Source: a virus. From it: a DNA stretch of 64,000 nt. The DNA lies in IMG/VR virus record IMGVR_UViG_3300043958_000214. One strand, written 5' to 3'. Below the pieces are notes generated by a model. It was not told where the DNA came from, did no database searches, and saw nothing but the letters and a program-made list of their open reading frames with translations. Positions 18,246 through 27,182 of this stretch are shown piece after piece. How positions within the stretch are numbered: position 1 is the first letter of the stretch; each line of letters starts with the position of its first letter. The position numbers and the translations under genes are program-made.

Positions 18246-18824
18246 TCAGTTGATCGGGAATCGGACTTCGGAGACGACGAGGGTCGCGTCACCCTGCCTG
18301 ATGACAGTGCGGTTCTTGTCGTGAGTGGTGATGAGAATGCCGGGCGTGCCGTCATCGCGGGCCGCGAGCGCGGCGATGGGTTTGGCGAGGAGGCTGGGCT
18401 TGATGATGCGGCTGGTGCGGGCGACGGGCGCGGTGGTGGGGATGAGGGACGCATAGTCGCGTCCTTGGATGGTGGTGGCGATGGTGAGGGTGGCGCTCGC
18501 GTCGCCGGCGGTGAGTGTGAGCACCCCTTCAGTGAGGGTGACGGTGACCTGCGGTACCTTCGCCTTCTTCAGTATGGTGATGGCTCGGGTGAGTTCCTTG
18601 GGGTCGAAGCGCGCCCACCAGGAGTCGGTGCCTTCGGCGTGGAGGATTTCGCGGTCGAGGATGAAGCGGTTGGTGGCTTCGACGGTGAGGGTTTCTGGTT
18701 GCGCGGTGAGGCGGATGGTGGTGAGTTCGGGCATCGCCTCATCGACGTCGCGGGGTGACGCGAGGCAGGTGGTGGCGAGCTTGATGGCGTTCGCGAACTC
18801 TTGGAAGGCAAGTGTGAGGCTCAT
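18246..18824 (-). CDS. Short DNA polymerase III beta-clamp-like protein
   Basis: LTTIRL...LTVEATNRFIL resembles DnaN LVATDRYRL; only 192 aa. Confidence 0.55.
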   Translation of the reverse strand: MSLTLAFQEFANAIKLATTCLASPRDVDEAMPELTTIRLTAQPETLTVEATNRFILDREILHAEGTDSWWARFDPKELTRAITILKKAKVPQVTVTLTEGVLTLTAGDASATLTIATTIQGRDYASLIPTTAPVARTSRIIKPSLLAKPIAALAARDDGTPGILITTHDKNRTVIRQGDATLVVSEVRFPIN

Positions 18825-18830
18825 GCCCCT

Positions 18831-18841
18831 GTTGTGGGGCA
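18831..18841 (-). promoter_or_regulatory. Class-A motif core
   Basis: GCATG-N11-TGCCCCACAAC-N6-ATG. Confidence 0.8.
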
Positions 18842-18896
18842 TTCGGGTATGTCATGCACGCTCCTCACGGCCTGAGCGTTGACCCGTCACGCGGGG

Positions 18897-19238
18897 TTAG
18901 AAGTCGGTGTCGACATCGGGCATCTCCTGGTACCGGACCCTCTTGGGCATGAGGGCTGCGCGTTCGCGCTCATACGTCCCCATGGCTTCGAGGACCCGCG
19001 GGTCGTCCGTCCCGAACAGGGGTACTCCTGCGGCGACGGCGATGTTGAAGGCGTTGCCGATGGAAGTGGCGGGCGACCCCAGTTCGATGGTGGCGACGGT
19101 TCGTTGCGACACGCCGGCCCGCTCCGCGAGGTCGCGCTGCGTCCAGCCATGGTCGTGGCGCGCCATCTTCACGCGCGCGCCGAACACGGTGACGGCGTCG
19201 CGGGCGGTGGGGCTCATGACGGTGCGTTGACGCCCCAT
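18897..19238 (-). CDS. XRE/HipB-like HTH regulator
   Basis: GWTQRDLAERAGVSQRTVATIELG. Confidence 0.85.
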   Translation of the reverse strand: MGRQRTVMSPTARDAVTVFGARVKMARHDHGWTQRDLAERAGVSQRTVATIELGSPATSIGNAFNIAVAAGVPLFGTDDPRVLEAMGTYERERAALMPKRVRYQEMPDVDTDF

Positions 19239-19338
19239 GACGACCCTCTTACTTTCAGTCTTAGGCTGTCTTAGACACGTAGTATTGCACACGCTCGGCG
19301 TGCTTGCTCGAGCGACAGCTCTGACCGGCGACTGCCGA

Positions 19339-19635
19339 TCAGCGAGGGCCGACTGTCTGCGCCCCCAGGAGCTCACGGATCGGCAGGCCGTAGTTCCCGT
19401 TCTCTCCGTCCGGAACTCCTTGAAGGTCCCAGTCGGACAGGGCGTCACGTAGCGCGTCCTCGACGGTGGCGAACGTGGTCCTCGAAGTCATAGGTCCGAC
19501 GTTCATGTCCCCGTCGTCCCACAGCCAGGAGAATTTCTTGCCCCGGCGAAGGACGACGTAACCGAAGCCGACCTCGTCGCGCAAGTCGTGGATGACCTCG
19601 GTCCCGAACCGGTGGAGCTGCGATCTATCGAGCAT
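19339..19635 (-). CDS. Small protein, GY-W-DW repeat family
   Basis: DEVGFGYVVLRRG..WLW...FATVEDALRDALSDW; start uncertain. Confidence 0.65.
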   Translation of the reverse strand: MLDRSQLHRFGTEVIHDLRDEVGFGYVVLRRGKKFSWLWDDGDMNVGPMTSRTTFATVEDALRDALSDWDLQGVPDGENGNYGLPIRELLGAQTVGPR

Positions 19636-19936
19636 CTGACTGTTCCTTCTTCTCGAGTCGGGTGGCGACGGCACGCATCTTGGCGGCGCGCTTGGAGTGC
19701 CATTCTGCCCCGTTCATGTCCCAGTCGTCAGCGGCAGCACGTAGGGCTTCGGCGACCGTGTCGTAGCTCGTCTCGGAGACGTCACTCTCCTCGCCCGGCT
19801 CCTCATACGTCCAAAGGTACGTGGTGGCGATGGGGTTGGTGCTCGTCTCGCGGACGATGACGTATCCGGTCCCGTCCGCGTCCCGGTAGTCCTTGACGAT
19901 GGGCCAGCCGTTGTTGAGCTTCTTCTCGCGTGCCAT
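19625..19936 (-). CDS. Small protein, GY-W-DW repeat family
   Basis: DADGTGYVIVRE..YLW...YDTVAEALRAAADDW. Confidence 0.7.
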   Translation of the reverse strand: MAREKKLNNGWPIVKDYRDADGTGYVIVRETSTNPIATTYLWTYEEPGEESDVSETSYDTVAEALRAAADDWDMNGAEWHSKRAAKMRAVATRLEKKEQSDAR

Positions 19937-19979
19937 GACATCCCCCTCCTTGCGCGGGACCTCCGCGCCCTCACACCCA

Positions 19980-19990
19980 GTTGTGAGGCA
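19980..19990 (-). promoter_or_regulatory. Class-A motif core plus hairpin leader
   Basis: GCGCG-N11-TGCCTCACAAC. Confidence 0.8.
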
Positions 19991-20026
19991 GGAGGCGAAC
20001 TCGCGCTCGCTACCGCGCGTCGCGGC

Positions 20027-20770
20027 TCACGAATGGTAGTCGAACATGACGATGAAATGGTCCACGGTTGGGGTGCTGGGGCGCTCGAAGGAGACCTTGA
20101 CCTTGACGTTGCCGTGCTCGGGGATGGGGCGCTCGACGACCGCGAGGACATCATCCCCGTTCTCTCGGATCACGCTTGCCCTTACGGTGATCTTGCCACT
20201 GAACTCTGGCTCACTGGCAATCTTGAGTGCCGCGGCCTTCGCGCGCGCAATCGAGTCGTACGCCTCACGTGTGAAGAGGGCGCCCCTGCTGTCCACCAGT
20301 CGATAGACGGTCTTCGGTCGTCCCTCGGTGGTGCGGGCGACCGGCTTGCGAGCTGCTGGCTTCTTCATCACGCTGCACGCCGTCATGCGACTACGGACGT
20401 CAGCGGGCAGATGCTCCCGGACGACTTCCTCGATTTCCCATTCGCGGCCCTTGCCGCCGAAGACGGCGAGCTCGTCGGCGGACAGGTTGAACGTGTAGAT
20501 CTTGCTCGTTTCGACAGCATCAGCACAGATGGGCACGATGAGGGAGGTTGCCTCACTGACGTCTCCCCAGGAGTTGCTCTTCGCATGCGCGTTGGGGGTA
20601 GTGAGTGGAGTGACGAAGGGCGTTCCAACACGCGCGTCGTCGTACCGGTCCGCCTCGTTGGCATACCAGCCTGCGACAGCCTCCCGAAGGATGGTGTCGG
20701 CCTGTTCGTCTGTCAGCTCCGGCTTCATGCCGTTCGCCTCAACGTCAACCATCGCCGTGGAGTGACTCAT
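20027..20770 (-). CDS. Hypothetical protein
   Basis: 247-aa ORF after class-A motif and hairpin leader. Confidence 0.7.
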   Translation of the reverse strand: MSHSTAMVDVEANGMKPELTDEQADTILREAVAGWYANEADRYDDARVGTPFVTPLTTPNAHAKSNSWGDVSEATSLIVPICADAVETSKIYTFNLSADELAVFGGKGREWEIEEVVREHLPADVRSRMTACSVMKKPAARKPVARTTEGRPKTVYRLVDSRGALFTREAYDSIARAKAAALKIASEPEFSGKITVRASVIRENGDDVLAVVERPIPEHGNVKVKVSFERPSTPTVDHFIVMFDYHS

Positions 20771-20814
20771 CGTGGACCCCTTCCTTGCGCGGGACCTCCG
20801 CGCCTTCACACCCA

Positions 20815-20825
20815 GTTGTGGTGCA
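20815..20825 (-). promoter_or_regulatory. Class-A motif core plus hairpin leader
   Basis: ACGCG-N11-TGCACCACAAC. Confidence 0.75.
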
Positions 20826-20920
20826 GGGGGTCAACTCGCGTTTTCCCTCTGCCGAAACCAGCCCCACCAGCTCGGATGGAACGCTGTCAGACGGCATTGA
20901 GGGGCACCGGAAGAGGAGTC

Positions 20921-21334
20921 TTCCTCGCCTGTCGTGACGTCAAGCCCAGTGGTCCCTGTCGCGGTGCTCATCGTGTCGCACCTCTGAGGCCCGGGCCGCG
21001 GAGGGGGTGTGGAGATAGCGCGCTACTCCTCCGACCACTCCTGCCGCGTCTTCTCCGGGATCCCTAGCGCATCCTCCATCTGCGTGATCTGGGTCGCCCA
21101 GTCATCACCGTCAGCCGCCAACTGAGCGACGTGGTAGACAGAGCTGAACTCCAACGTCCAATGCTCGTAGGAGACGTGGGCGATGTGCGCCAGCTCCACC
21201 TGCTCCGCGAGCGAGAGCCCCTCGGACATGTTCTTCATTCTCATCGATCCTTTCTCGCCCGTGGTGACGTCAGGCTCAGTGGTTCCTGTGGCGGTGCTCA
21301 TCGTGTTGCCCCCTCCGAAGTCTGGGCCGCGGAG
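20921..21334 (-). repeat. Imperfect ~84-nt direct repeat (20921-21003 and 21251-21334)
   Basis: Both copies encode MSTATGTTxxDVTTGE. Confidence 0.75.
21023..21301 (-). CDS. Small hypothetical protein
   Basis: 92-aa ORF; start may be internal. Confidence 0.5.
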   Translation of the reverse strand: MSTATGTTEPDVTTGEKGSMRMKNMSEGLSLAEQVELAHIAHVSYEHWTLEFSSVYHVAQLAADGDDWATQITQMEDALGIPEKTRQEWSEE

Positions 21335-21834
21335 CGGAGTCGCATGGCGAAGTCGCGCTCAACGTTACTGGACTCATCCCAGTCGGAGGCGGCGGCAAGC
21401 ATGGCCTCAGCCGGGGTGTCGAACATGAAGCGGGTCTTCATGTCCGGCTCGCCGTCACCGGTGAACAGCCACCTGTACTTGCCGTCCTTCCGGTCGACAC
21501 GGTAACCCATGCCGTGTTCGTCGAAGAACTCGCGAATGTGCTCGATCCCGTCCGCTTCGTCGGCCGCGTCCCGTAGCTCGCCGAGGACGCGCATGAACTC
21601 GGTGGAGTCCGCGATGTCCGAGCGCTCCCAGTCCTTGATCGCGGCATCAAGAGCATCGCTGAGGCTCTCGTACGAACTGTCGTCTTCCACGATGAGAACT
21701 AGGAACTCGTCCTGCCATCCCCAACGGAGAGTGTCCCCTTCTCGGAAGATGATGTAGCCGATGCCGTCGTCGTCTAGGAACTTGGCGATGATGTCCTGCT
21801 CATCCGGCTTCGCCAACGTGACCGTGTCGCTCAT
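21298..21834 (-). CDS. Protein with two copies of the GY-W-DW domain
   Basis: DDDGIGYIIFRE...AIKDW and DEHGMGYRVDR...AASDW. Confidence 0.7.
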   Translation of the reverse strand: MSDTVTLAKPDEQDIIAKFLDDDGIGYIIFREGDTLRWGWQDEFLVLIVEDDSSYESLSDALDAAIKDWERSDIADSTEFMRVLGELRDAADEADGIEHIREFFDEHGMGYRVDRKDGKYRWLFTGDGEPDMKTRFMFDTPAEAMLAAASDWDESSNVERDFAMRLRSAAQTSEGATR

Positions 21835-21877
21835 GGTTTTCTCCCCCGCGCGGGATCTCGGTACCTTCTCACATCCA

Positions 21878-21888
21878 GTTGTGAGGCA
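21878..21888 (-). promoter_or_regulatory. Class-A motif core
   Basis: GCGTG-N11-TGCCTCACAAC. Confidence 0.8.
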
Positions 21889-21995
21889 GAAGGTGGACTC
21901 ACGCTCGCCCGACGCGGATATCGGCATCTTGACGTGGAGGCGGCGCGGCTGGAACATCTGTCGTGGATATCGGTCGAGGTATGAGAGGTGACCCA

Positions 21996-22934
21996 ATGGC
22001 GGGGATCGTGGCAATCGACTTCGAGACGGCGAATGAATGGAGGGGGTCAGCCTGTCAGATCGGGATGGCACGTGCCGACGACTCGGGGCGGGTCGTGGAG
22101 ACGTTCTCTTCCCTCATCCATCCGGATCCTGGATTCGACTACTTCCGGCCGATCAATATGGCTCTGTCTGGGATCACGGCCGACGATGTCGTTGACGCTC
22201 CACTCTTTTCGGGGATCTCCACCCGGGCGCGCGATTTCATTGGGGACTCTCCGATTCTCGGACATAACCTCGCGTTCGACTACTCGGTGTGGAACGCTCA
22301 TGTGAAGGCGGGGCACGCACCCGCCCTGGACATCCCTCGCCTATGCACGCTGCGCATCGCTCGGACGATCTTGCATCGGCCCACTGGCACGAACTCGCTG
22401 GATCACCTGGCTGAGGACCTGTGCCCCGGCACCGCGTTCAGGCATCACGACGCTCTGGCCGATTCGAAGATGACCATCGGGGTCCTCTTCGCCATGCTCG
22501 ATCAGATCGGCGTCACCCTCAGCGAAATGGTGTCGGAGTTCGCGCTCTCCCCAAGCGGGTCTCGCCCGGCGGTGAGCCGATTCTATCGGGAGGGCGGGGC
22601 AGGCCATGCCCCGATCATCAGCGCCTTGGTCGAGGACTGGCCGCAGAGCACAGCCCTGCAGGGAAAGAAGGTCTGTTTCACCGGCAAGCTGGAGCGACTG
22701 AATAGGGCATCCGCCAAGGCGTTGACGGCGCGACTGGGAGGCCAGCCAGTGTCTTCGGTGTCTCAGAAGACGGACGTGTTGGTGGTGGGGATCCCGAACC
22801 CGGGGACGTGGCGCCCGGACGCTAACGGGTCGTCGAAGACGATTGCCGCCGGCAAGCTCTGCGCACGGGGAGTACCGATCGAGATTCTCAGTGAGACGGA
22901 GTTCTTCGACTGGATCGCCGATCTGGTGTCCTAA
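21996..22934 (+). CDS. DnaQ/epsilon-like 3'-5' exonuclease fused to BRCT
   Basis: IDFETAN, GHNLAFD, HDALAD; BRCT VCFTGKL...VSSVSQKTDVLVVG. Confidence 0.9.
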   Translation: MAGIVAIDFETANEWRGSACQIGMARADDSGRVVETFSSLIHPDPGFDYFRPINMALSGITADDVVDAPLFSGISTRARDFIGDSPILGHNLAFDYSVWNAHVKAGHAPALDIPRLCTLRIARTILHRPTGTNSLDHLAEDLCPGTAFRHHDALADSKMTIGVLFAMLDQIGVTLSEMVSEFALSPSGSRPAVSRFYREGGAGHAPIISALVEDWPQSTALQGKKVCFTGKLERLNRASAKALTARLGGQPVSSVSQKTDVLVVGIPNPGTWRPDANGSSKTIAAGKLCARGVPIEILSETEFFDWIADLVS

Positions 22935-23365
22935 TCGTTGGCTGGCCGGGTGCCTGCCTCCTTCGCTTCACTGGCAACATCCGTCTGCGGTGCTTTGTCG
23001 GCCTCCGGTTGCGAGAGCCTGAAGTCCGCGATCAGGTTCGTCAATGTCGCGAAATCTGATCCATGGTCCGTCATGCCTGCGTTCGCATTCACGACCACCC
23101 ACCGCTTGCCGACCCACCGGAGATCCCGAGCCAAGGCCATGGCAGCGGCCGCAGCAGCACGACTGTGTCCGATGGTCGTACTCACCTTCATACCACCGTC
23201 ATCGCGCCGGTCGATCGCTGCCTCGAAGCCGGTCATCTTGGTCACCCGTGACAGTGAGAACGCTCCGATCTCCCTCCAGTTGTCCTTGATCAGCCACGCA
23301 GCACATGCAAGGCCACCGATTGCGGGGATCATGGCGAGTCCGAGCAGGAATGAGGTCACGTCCAT
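22931..23365 (-). CDS. Membrane-anchored hypothetical protein
   Basis: Hydrophobic N-terminus; class-A motif upstream. Confidence 0.6.
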   Translation of the reverse strand: MDVTSFLLGLAMIPAIGGLACAAWLIKDNWREIGAFSLSRVTKMTGFEAAIDRRDDGGMKVSTTIGHSRAAAAAAMALARDLRWVGKRWVVVNANAGMTDHGSDFATLTNLIADFRLSQPEADKAPQTDVASEAKEAGTRPAND

Positions 23366-23421
23366 CTGGGGGAATCACTTTCTCTTGTCGAGTCGGGCAG
23401 AGCGGCCCGACACTCACCCTT

Positions 23422-23432
23422 GTTGTGAGACG
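23422..23432 (-). promoter_or_regulatory. Class-A motif core
   Basis: GCGTG-N11-CGTCTCACAAC. Confidence 0.7.
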
Positions 23433-23505
23433 GCGGTAGGACTCACGCACGACACCCGAGGGCGACCAACCGGCCAGTCGCGCCCTTCCCCCGCGCAGGA
23501 CCGCT

Positions 23506-25566
23506 TCACTCGACCATCGCCAGGAACTCGGCCGGGGTGACAGTGCGCACCCCGAGGCTCTGGGCTTTCACGTACTTGCCGGTCGTGGACGGTTCAGAGA
23601 CGAGGAGGCTCGTCTTCTTCGAGACCGAGGAGGCCGCGCGCCCACCCAAACTCTCAATGAGTTCCTGGGCCGTCTGGCGCGTGTAGCCGGGGACGTTTCC
23701 CGACACGACGACCGTCATCCCCTCCAACGGGCGCCGGTTCGCCGGAGCGTTCTCGGGTGTGCCGGCCTCGATGCCGGACCCGTCGCGAGCGGGAGATGCC
23801 CCCATATTCACGCCACGCTGGGCGAGGCGGTCCAGGAGACGTTCCTGACGTTCCAGCTCGGCATGGATCAGCTCCGCCTTCTTCTCCCCCACACCCTCAA
23901 CAGCCTTCAGCTCCTCGACAGTCGCGCCCATCAGGCGCCCCTTAGAGGGGAACGCGGCGGCGAGCCGGCGGCTCATGGACCGCCCCGTTCCTCGCAGGCC
24001 GAGCGCCGTGATGACTCGCGCCCACGCAGACGCCTTGGCCTTCTCGATCTCCGCAGCGATCTTCACCGCGGTCTTCTCCCCCACCACGCGCCCAGACTCG
24101 AGCGTGAGATGAGCGAGCGTCTCCCCGGTGAGGTCGAAGACGTCAGCCAGATCCTCAACGATCCCCTGGTCGATGAGAGCGTCCACGATCTCGGCGCCCA
24201 GTCCTTCGATGTCGAGGGCCGCGCGGGAGACCGCGTAACGAACCTGCGCGCCGACGGAGAGTTCCGGGGATGTCGAGCGCCACAAGAGCGTGGACTTATC
24301 CCATTCCCCACCCGCGGGATCGGTGGCCGGCGGCTCCCACCTCACGGCGTCCGCCGGACGCTCTGTCATGTCGACACCGTCGATATAGGGAATGACGTCG
24401 TTCGCCCGGCGGATCGTCACCGTGTCACCGACACGGATGTCCTTCTCCTGCATCCAGGAGACGTTGTGTCCGCTCGCGTACGTGATGGTGGTCCCACCAA
24501 CGAACACAGGCTCGACCTCAACGCGAACAGCCAGTCGCCCAGTGCGTCCGATATCCGTGGTGATACCGACGACCCGGGTCGTCCCCGTCTCCGCGGGGTA
24601 CTTGTAGGCGACCGCCCACCTGGGGTGGTGCGACGTTGAACCCAAGCGCTCGCGATCCGCGTCCTCATCGGCTTTCACGACAATGCCGTCCGTGGGAAAT
24701 CCGAGGGTCGGGCGCGCGTTTCCGAAAGCGCGCACAAGGTCGAGGACGCTGCCCTCCTCGCCGGCACCAACCGGAGCCATCGGAAGGACGGACACAGCCC
24801 GCTTTCGGGCCGAGGCGATGCCGCACTGCTCGATGATGCTCAGGCGTCCCGAATAGGTCGAGCCGTCCGTCCCGAAAACCAACTCGTAGGTGTCCTCATG
24901 AGCCGACCTGGGCAGGATCACGTCGTAGCAGGCGAACGACAAGAGGCCCGCGTACGCGGGGTCCCCCGCCCGCAAGATCCCAGCGGCGGCATTGCGCTGG
25001 TTGATGAACGGCTTCGCCCCTTCACCCTCGCGGGTGTCCTGGGCGGCGGGGAAATCCCTGTCCGCCATGTACACCTCGCCGCGAACCTCGACGGTGAGAT
25101 GGCGTCCCCGGCCCTCCAGACGATCGGGAAGCCCCTGGACCAGGAGCTTGCGGATTCGGGGCGTGATGTCCTCACCGGTGCGCCCGTCCCCGCGGGTGGC
25201 GATCAGCGCTAGCTTTCCGAAGCGGTACTCGGCGCGGATGGCGAGACCGTCGAGTTTCGGCTCGACCACGACGGAGCCCGGCGTATCTGCGACGAATACG
25301 CGGACCGCATCGAGCGTGGGGACCTTCCCCATGGAAAGCATGGGCGGGCAGTGGGTGACATCCCCGCCCTTGGACGTGCCTGCGGACACGGCGTTGAAGA
25401 GGTCAGCGTACTGGCCGGCTAGACCGGGGTCCTCCGCAACGGCGATACGCAGCTGCTCGATACCGTCGTCGTAGTCGGCGTCGGACATCAACACCGTGTC
25501 GGTGTCGTAGTAGGCCGCCGCTGCGGCACGAAGACGGCTAGCCAGCTTTGCGATTTCAACGTTCAT
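23506..25566 (-). CDS. ligA: NAD-dependent DNA ligase
   Basis: YYD..MSDADYD, EPKLDG, EVRGE, DGIVVK, HhH repeats, C-terminal BRCT. Confidence 0.95.
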   Translation of the reverse strand: MNVEIAKLASRLRAAAAAYYDTDTVLMSDADYDDGIEQLRIAVAEDPGLAGQYADLFNAVSAGTSKGGDVTHCPPMLSMGKVPTLDAVRVFVADTPGSVVVEPKLDGLAIRAEYRFGKLALIATRGDGRTGEDITPRIRKLLVQGLPDRLEGRGRHLTVEVRGEVYMADRDFPAAQDTREGEGAKPFINQRNAAAGILRAGDPAYAGLLSFACYDVILPRSAHEDTYELVFGTDGSTYSGRLSIIEQCGIASARKRAVSVLPMAPVGAGEEGSVLDLVRAFGNARPTLGFPTDGIVVKADEDADRERLGSTSHHPRWAVAYKYPAETGTTRVVGITTDIGRTGRLAVRVEVEPVFVGGTTITYASGHNVSWMQEKDIRVGDTVTIRRANDVIPYIDGVDMTERPADAVRWEPPATDPAGGEWDKSTLLWRSTSPELSVGAQVRYAVSRAALDIEGLGAEIVDALIDQGIVEDLADVFDLTGETLAHLTLESGRVVGEKTAVKIAAEIEKAKASAWARVITALGLRGTGRSMSRRLAAAFPSKGRLMGATVEELKAVEGVGEKKAELIHAELERQERLLDRLAQRGVNMGASPARDGSGIEAGTPENAPANRRPLEGMTVVVSGNVPGYTRQTAQELIESLGGRAASSVSKKTSLLVSEPSTTGKYVKAQSLGVRTVTPAEFLAMVE

Positions 25567-25597
25567 GGACTCAGGCTCCTCATTTGCTCTCGTTCTA

Positions 25598-25608
25598 GTT
25601 GTGAGGCA
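25598..25608 (-). promoter_or_regulatory. Class-A motif core (ligA)
   Basis: GCGTC-N11-TGCCTCACAAC. Confidence 0.75.
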
Positions 25609-25628
25609 ACGGGAGCCGTGACGCACCC

Positions 25629-26099
25629 CTATCGTGAATCGACAACCGCACGTCTGATCGTGGCGATCTGCCGGTCGGTGAGGCCATAGTGGTCACGGGG
25701 GGTGACCAGAATGGCACGTTCGCCGAGACGGCGTCTAATAGAAGCCCCAACCGTGCGATCGTCATCAACGACGACCACCGTGCCGAATGCGTCGTTCGCC
25801 GCAGCCATGATGGCGTCCGTCTTCGAGGCCGCGTGGCCTATCAGCAGGTGAGGGAAGTCGGGGATCGCACCGCGAGTGTCGGTGGCGAAAGCCTGCGTGA
25901 TGTGGCCCCAGGACGAGGCCCACACAGGTGTCGCCGGAGATGCGGCTAACCATTGGAGAAAGTCGAGGACCTCGCGACGGATGTGAAGGTCAAACCCACC
26001 CAGCCGGAATGGGGTCCACTCTGCTCCGGCAGGCTCGCAGGGCTCGTAGGGACTGATGACACCATCGAAGTCGAGGGTGACGAGGACGCTCATCTGCAC
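25629..26099 (-). CDS. HAD-family phosphatase (HAD_SAK-like)
   Basis: LDFDGV, WASSW, VVDDD. Confidence 0.75.
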   Translation of the reverse strand: MQMSVLVTLDFDGVISPYEPCEPAGAEWTPFRLGGFDLHIRREVLDFLQWLAASPATPVWASSWGHITQAFATDTRGAIPDFPHLLIGHAASKTDAIMAAANDAFGTVVVVDDDRTVGASIRRRLGERAILVTPRDHYGLTDRQIATIRRAVVDSR

Positions 26100-26788
26100 C
26101 CTTCACTTGCCAGCTCGACACGCTCGAAGCAACCGCCGTCATCTCGTCGCATTGGTGCTGACCGAACGCGTTGTTCTGTGCTCCGCGGCTGACGCACGTG
26201 TGAGCCGTACCGCGTGGTGCGCGGGGACCACCACCAGCAGGTCGCCGTCACGTCCTCTGGGCGGATCTCCCACAGGCAAGCCTGGACGTCGGGGCAGTCC
26301 GGCGCGATGGTGAACGCATGCTGCCACGATGCCTCGATCTCTGTCTGCGTCCACACCCTGTCCCAGACCCCCTCGTCTTCCCATTGGTCGCGAGGCACGC
26401 AGTACGTGCCGTTCAGCACGCTGTGCCACAGGCCAAAGTCGGAGAGAAGGACGCGGGCAGGGTCCACATCCAGTACCAGCCAGAAAAGACCGCGCGCCTC
26501 GCTGTTGGGCCAGGACGTGCGTCCACCGAGATGAAAATCCAGGGGGACCATGTTCCAAGAAAACCGGGGTGTCGGACTGTCGCGACCAGACATGCGGGCC
26601 CACGCCCAAACGGGCCAGAGAGCACCGTTAGGCCCGGGCCCGAGGACGGCGGCCATCCGCTGGGCGATCCAGTCGTACGCGCCAGCAAAGTCTCCTCCCC
26701 ACTCGGACCTGGCCGGGTCGCACCGATACGCCTTGCCTCCACGCAGAGAATTGACGACCTCACGGGGTTGCATGGTCCACAGACGCAA
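26090..26788 (-). CDS. DUF3841-like protein
   Basis: LWTMQP, AYDWI, PVWAW, VLLSDFGLWHSVLNG, QACLWEI. Confidence 0.7.
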   Translation of the reverse strand: MRLWTMQPREVVNSLRGGKAYRCDPARSEWGGDFAGAYDWIAQRMAAVLGPGPNGALWPVWAWARMSGRDSPTPRFSWNMVPLDFHLGGRTSWPNSEARGLFWLVLDVDPARVLLSDFGLWHSVLNGTYCVPRDQWEDEGVWDRVWTQTEIEASWQHAFTIAPDCPDVQACLWEIRPEDVTATCWWWSPRTTRYGSHVRQPRSTEQRVRSAPMRRDDGGCFERVELASEGCR

Positions 26789-26933
26789 CTTGACATCCTC
26801 GATTCATCTCCCAGTGAGCCGGAAGAACGTGCAGCGTACGTTCAACGTTGCCTCTCCGGCAAAACGGGAAGGAGACTCGGTGATCACTCTGTCGCCCACG
26901 ACGCTCTCCTCGGCGGCCTTCTCGTTCACAGCA

Positions 26934-26944
26934 GTTGTGAGACA
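26934..26944 (-). promoter_or_regulatory. Class-A motif core
   Basis: GTACG-N11-TGTCTCACAAC. Confidence 0.75.
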
Positions 26945-27018
26945 AGACGACGCCTCGTACCCCCTCCGAAGGGCAGGATCGTGGGTGGACGAACCCGCAG
27001 AGGACAGACAGGGTGAAG

Positions 27019-27090
27019 CGCCCCCGGCAGGATTCGAACCCGCGGCACGTGGGGTAGAGACCCACTGCTCTTCCGCTGAGCTACGGAGGC
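27019..27090 (-). tRNA. tRNA-Arg(TCT)
   Basis: Cloverleaf; anticodon arm GTGGG TCTCTAC CCCAC (C33). Confidence 0.8.
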
Positions 27091-27091
27091 A

Positions 27092-27182
27092 TGGCGTCCT
27101 CGGCGGGAGGGGCCACCTCATCCGCCTTTGGCGTCCTCGGCGGGAGGGGCCACCTCATCCGCCTTTGGCGTCCTCGGCGGGA
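27092..27182 (-). repeat. 37-nt tandem repeats containing the tRNA-Arg(CCT) 3' end
   Basis: 17-nt TGGCGTCCTCGGCGGGA (plus) at 27092, 27129, 27166 with identical linkers. Confidence 0.9.

Noticed and set aside
17731-18454. 402-aa ORF 17246..18454 as one gene
   Set aside because: Its 5' part overlaps two better ORFs in other frames; only the portion from GTG 17725 aligns with the paralog
27092-27182. tRNA 3'-end repeats as a second CRISPR array or as attL/attR sites
   Set aside because: Linkers are identical rather than unique spacers, only about 17-29 nt long, and no integrase or cargo lies between copies
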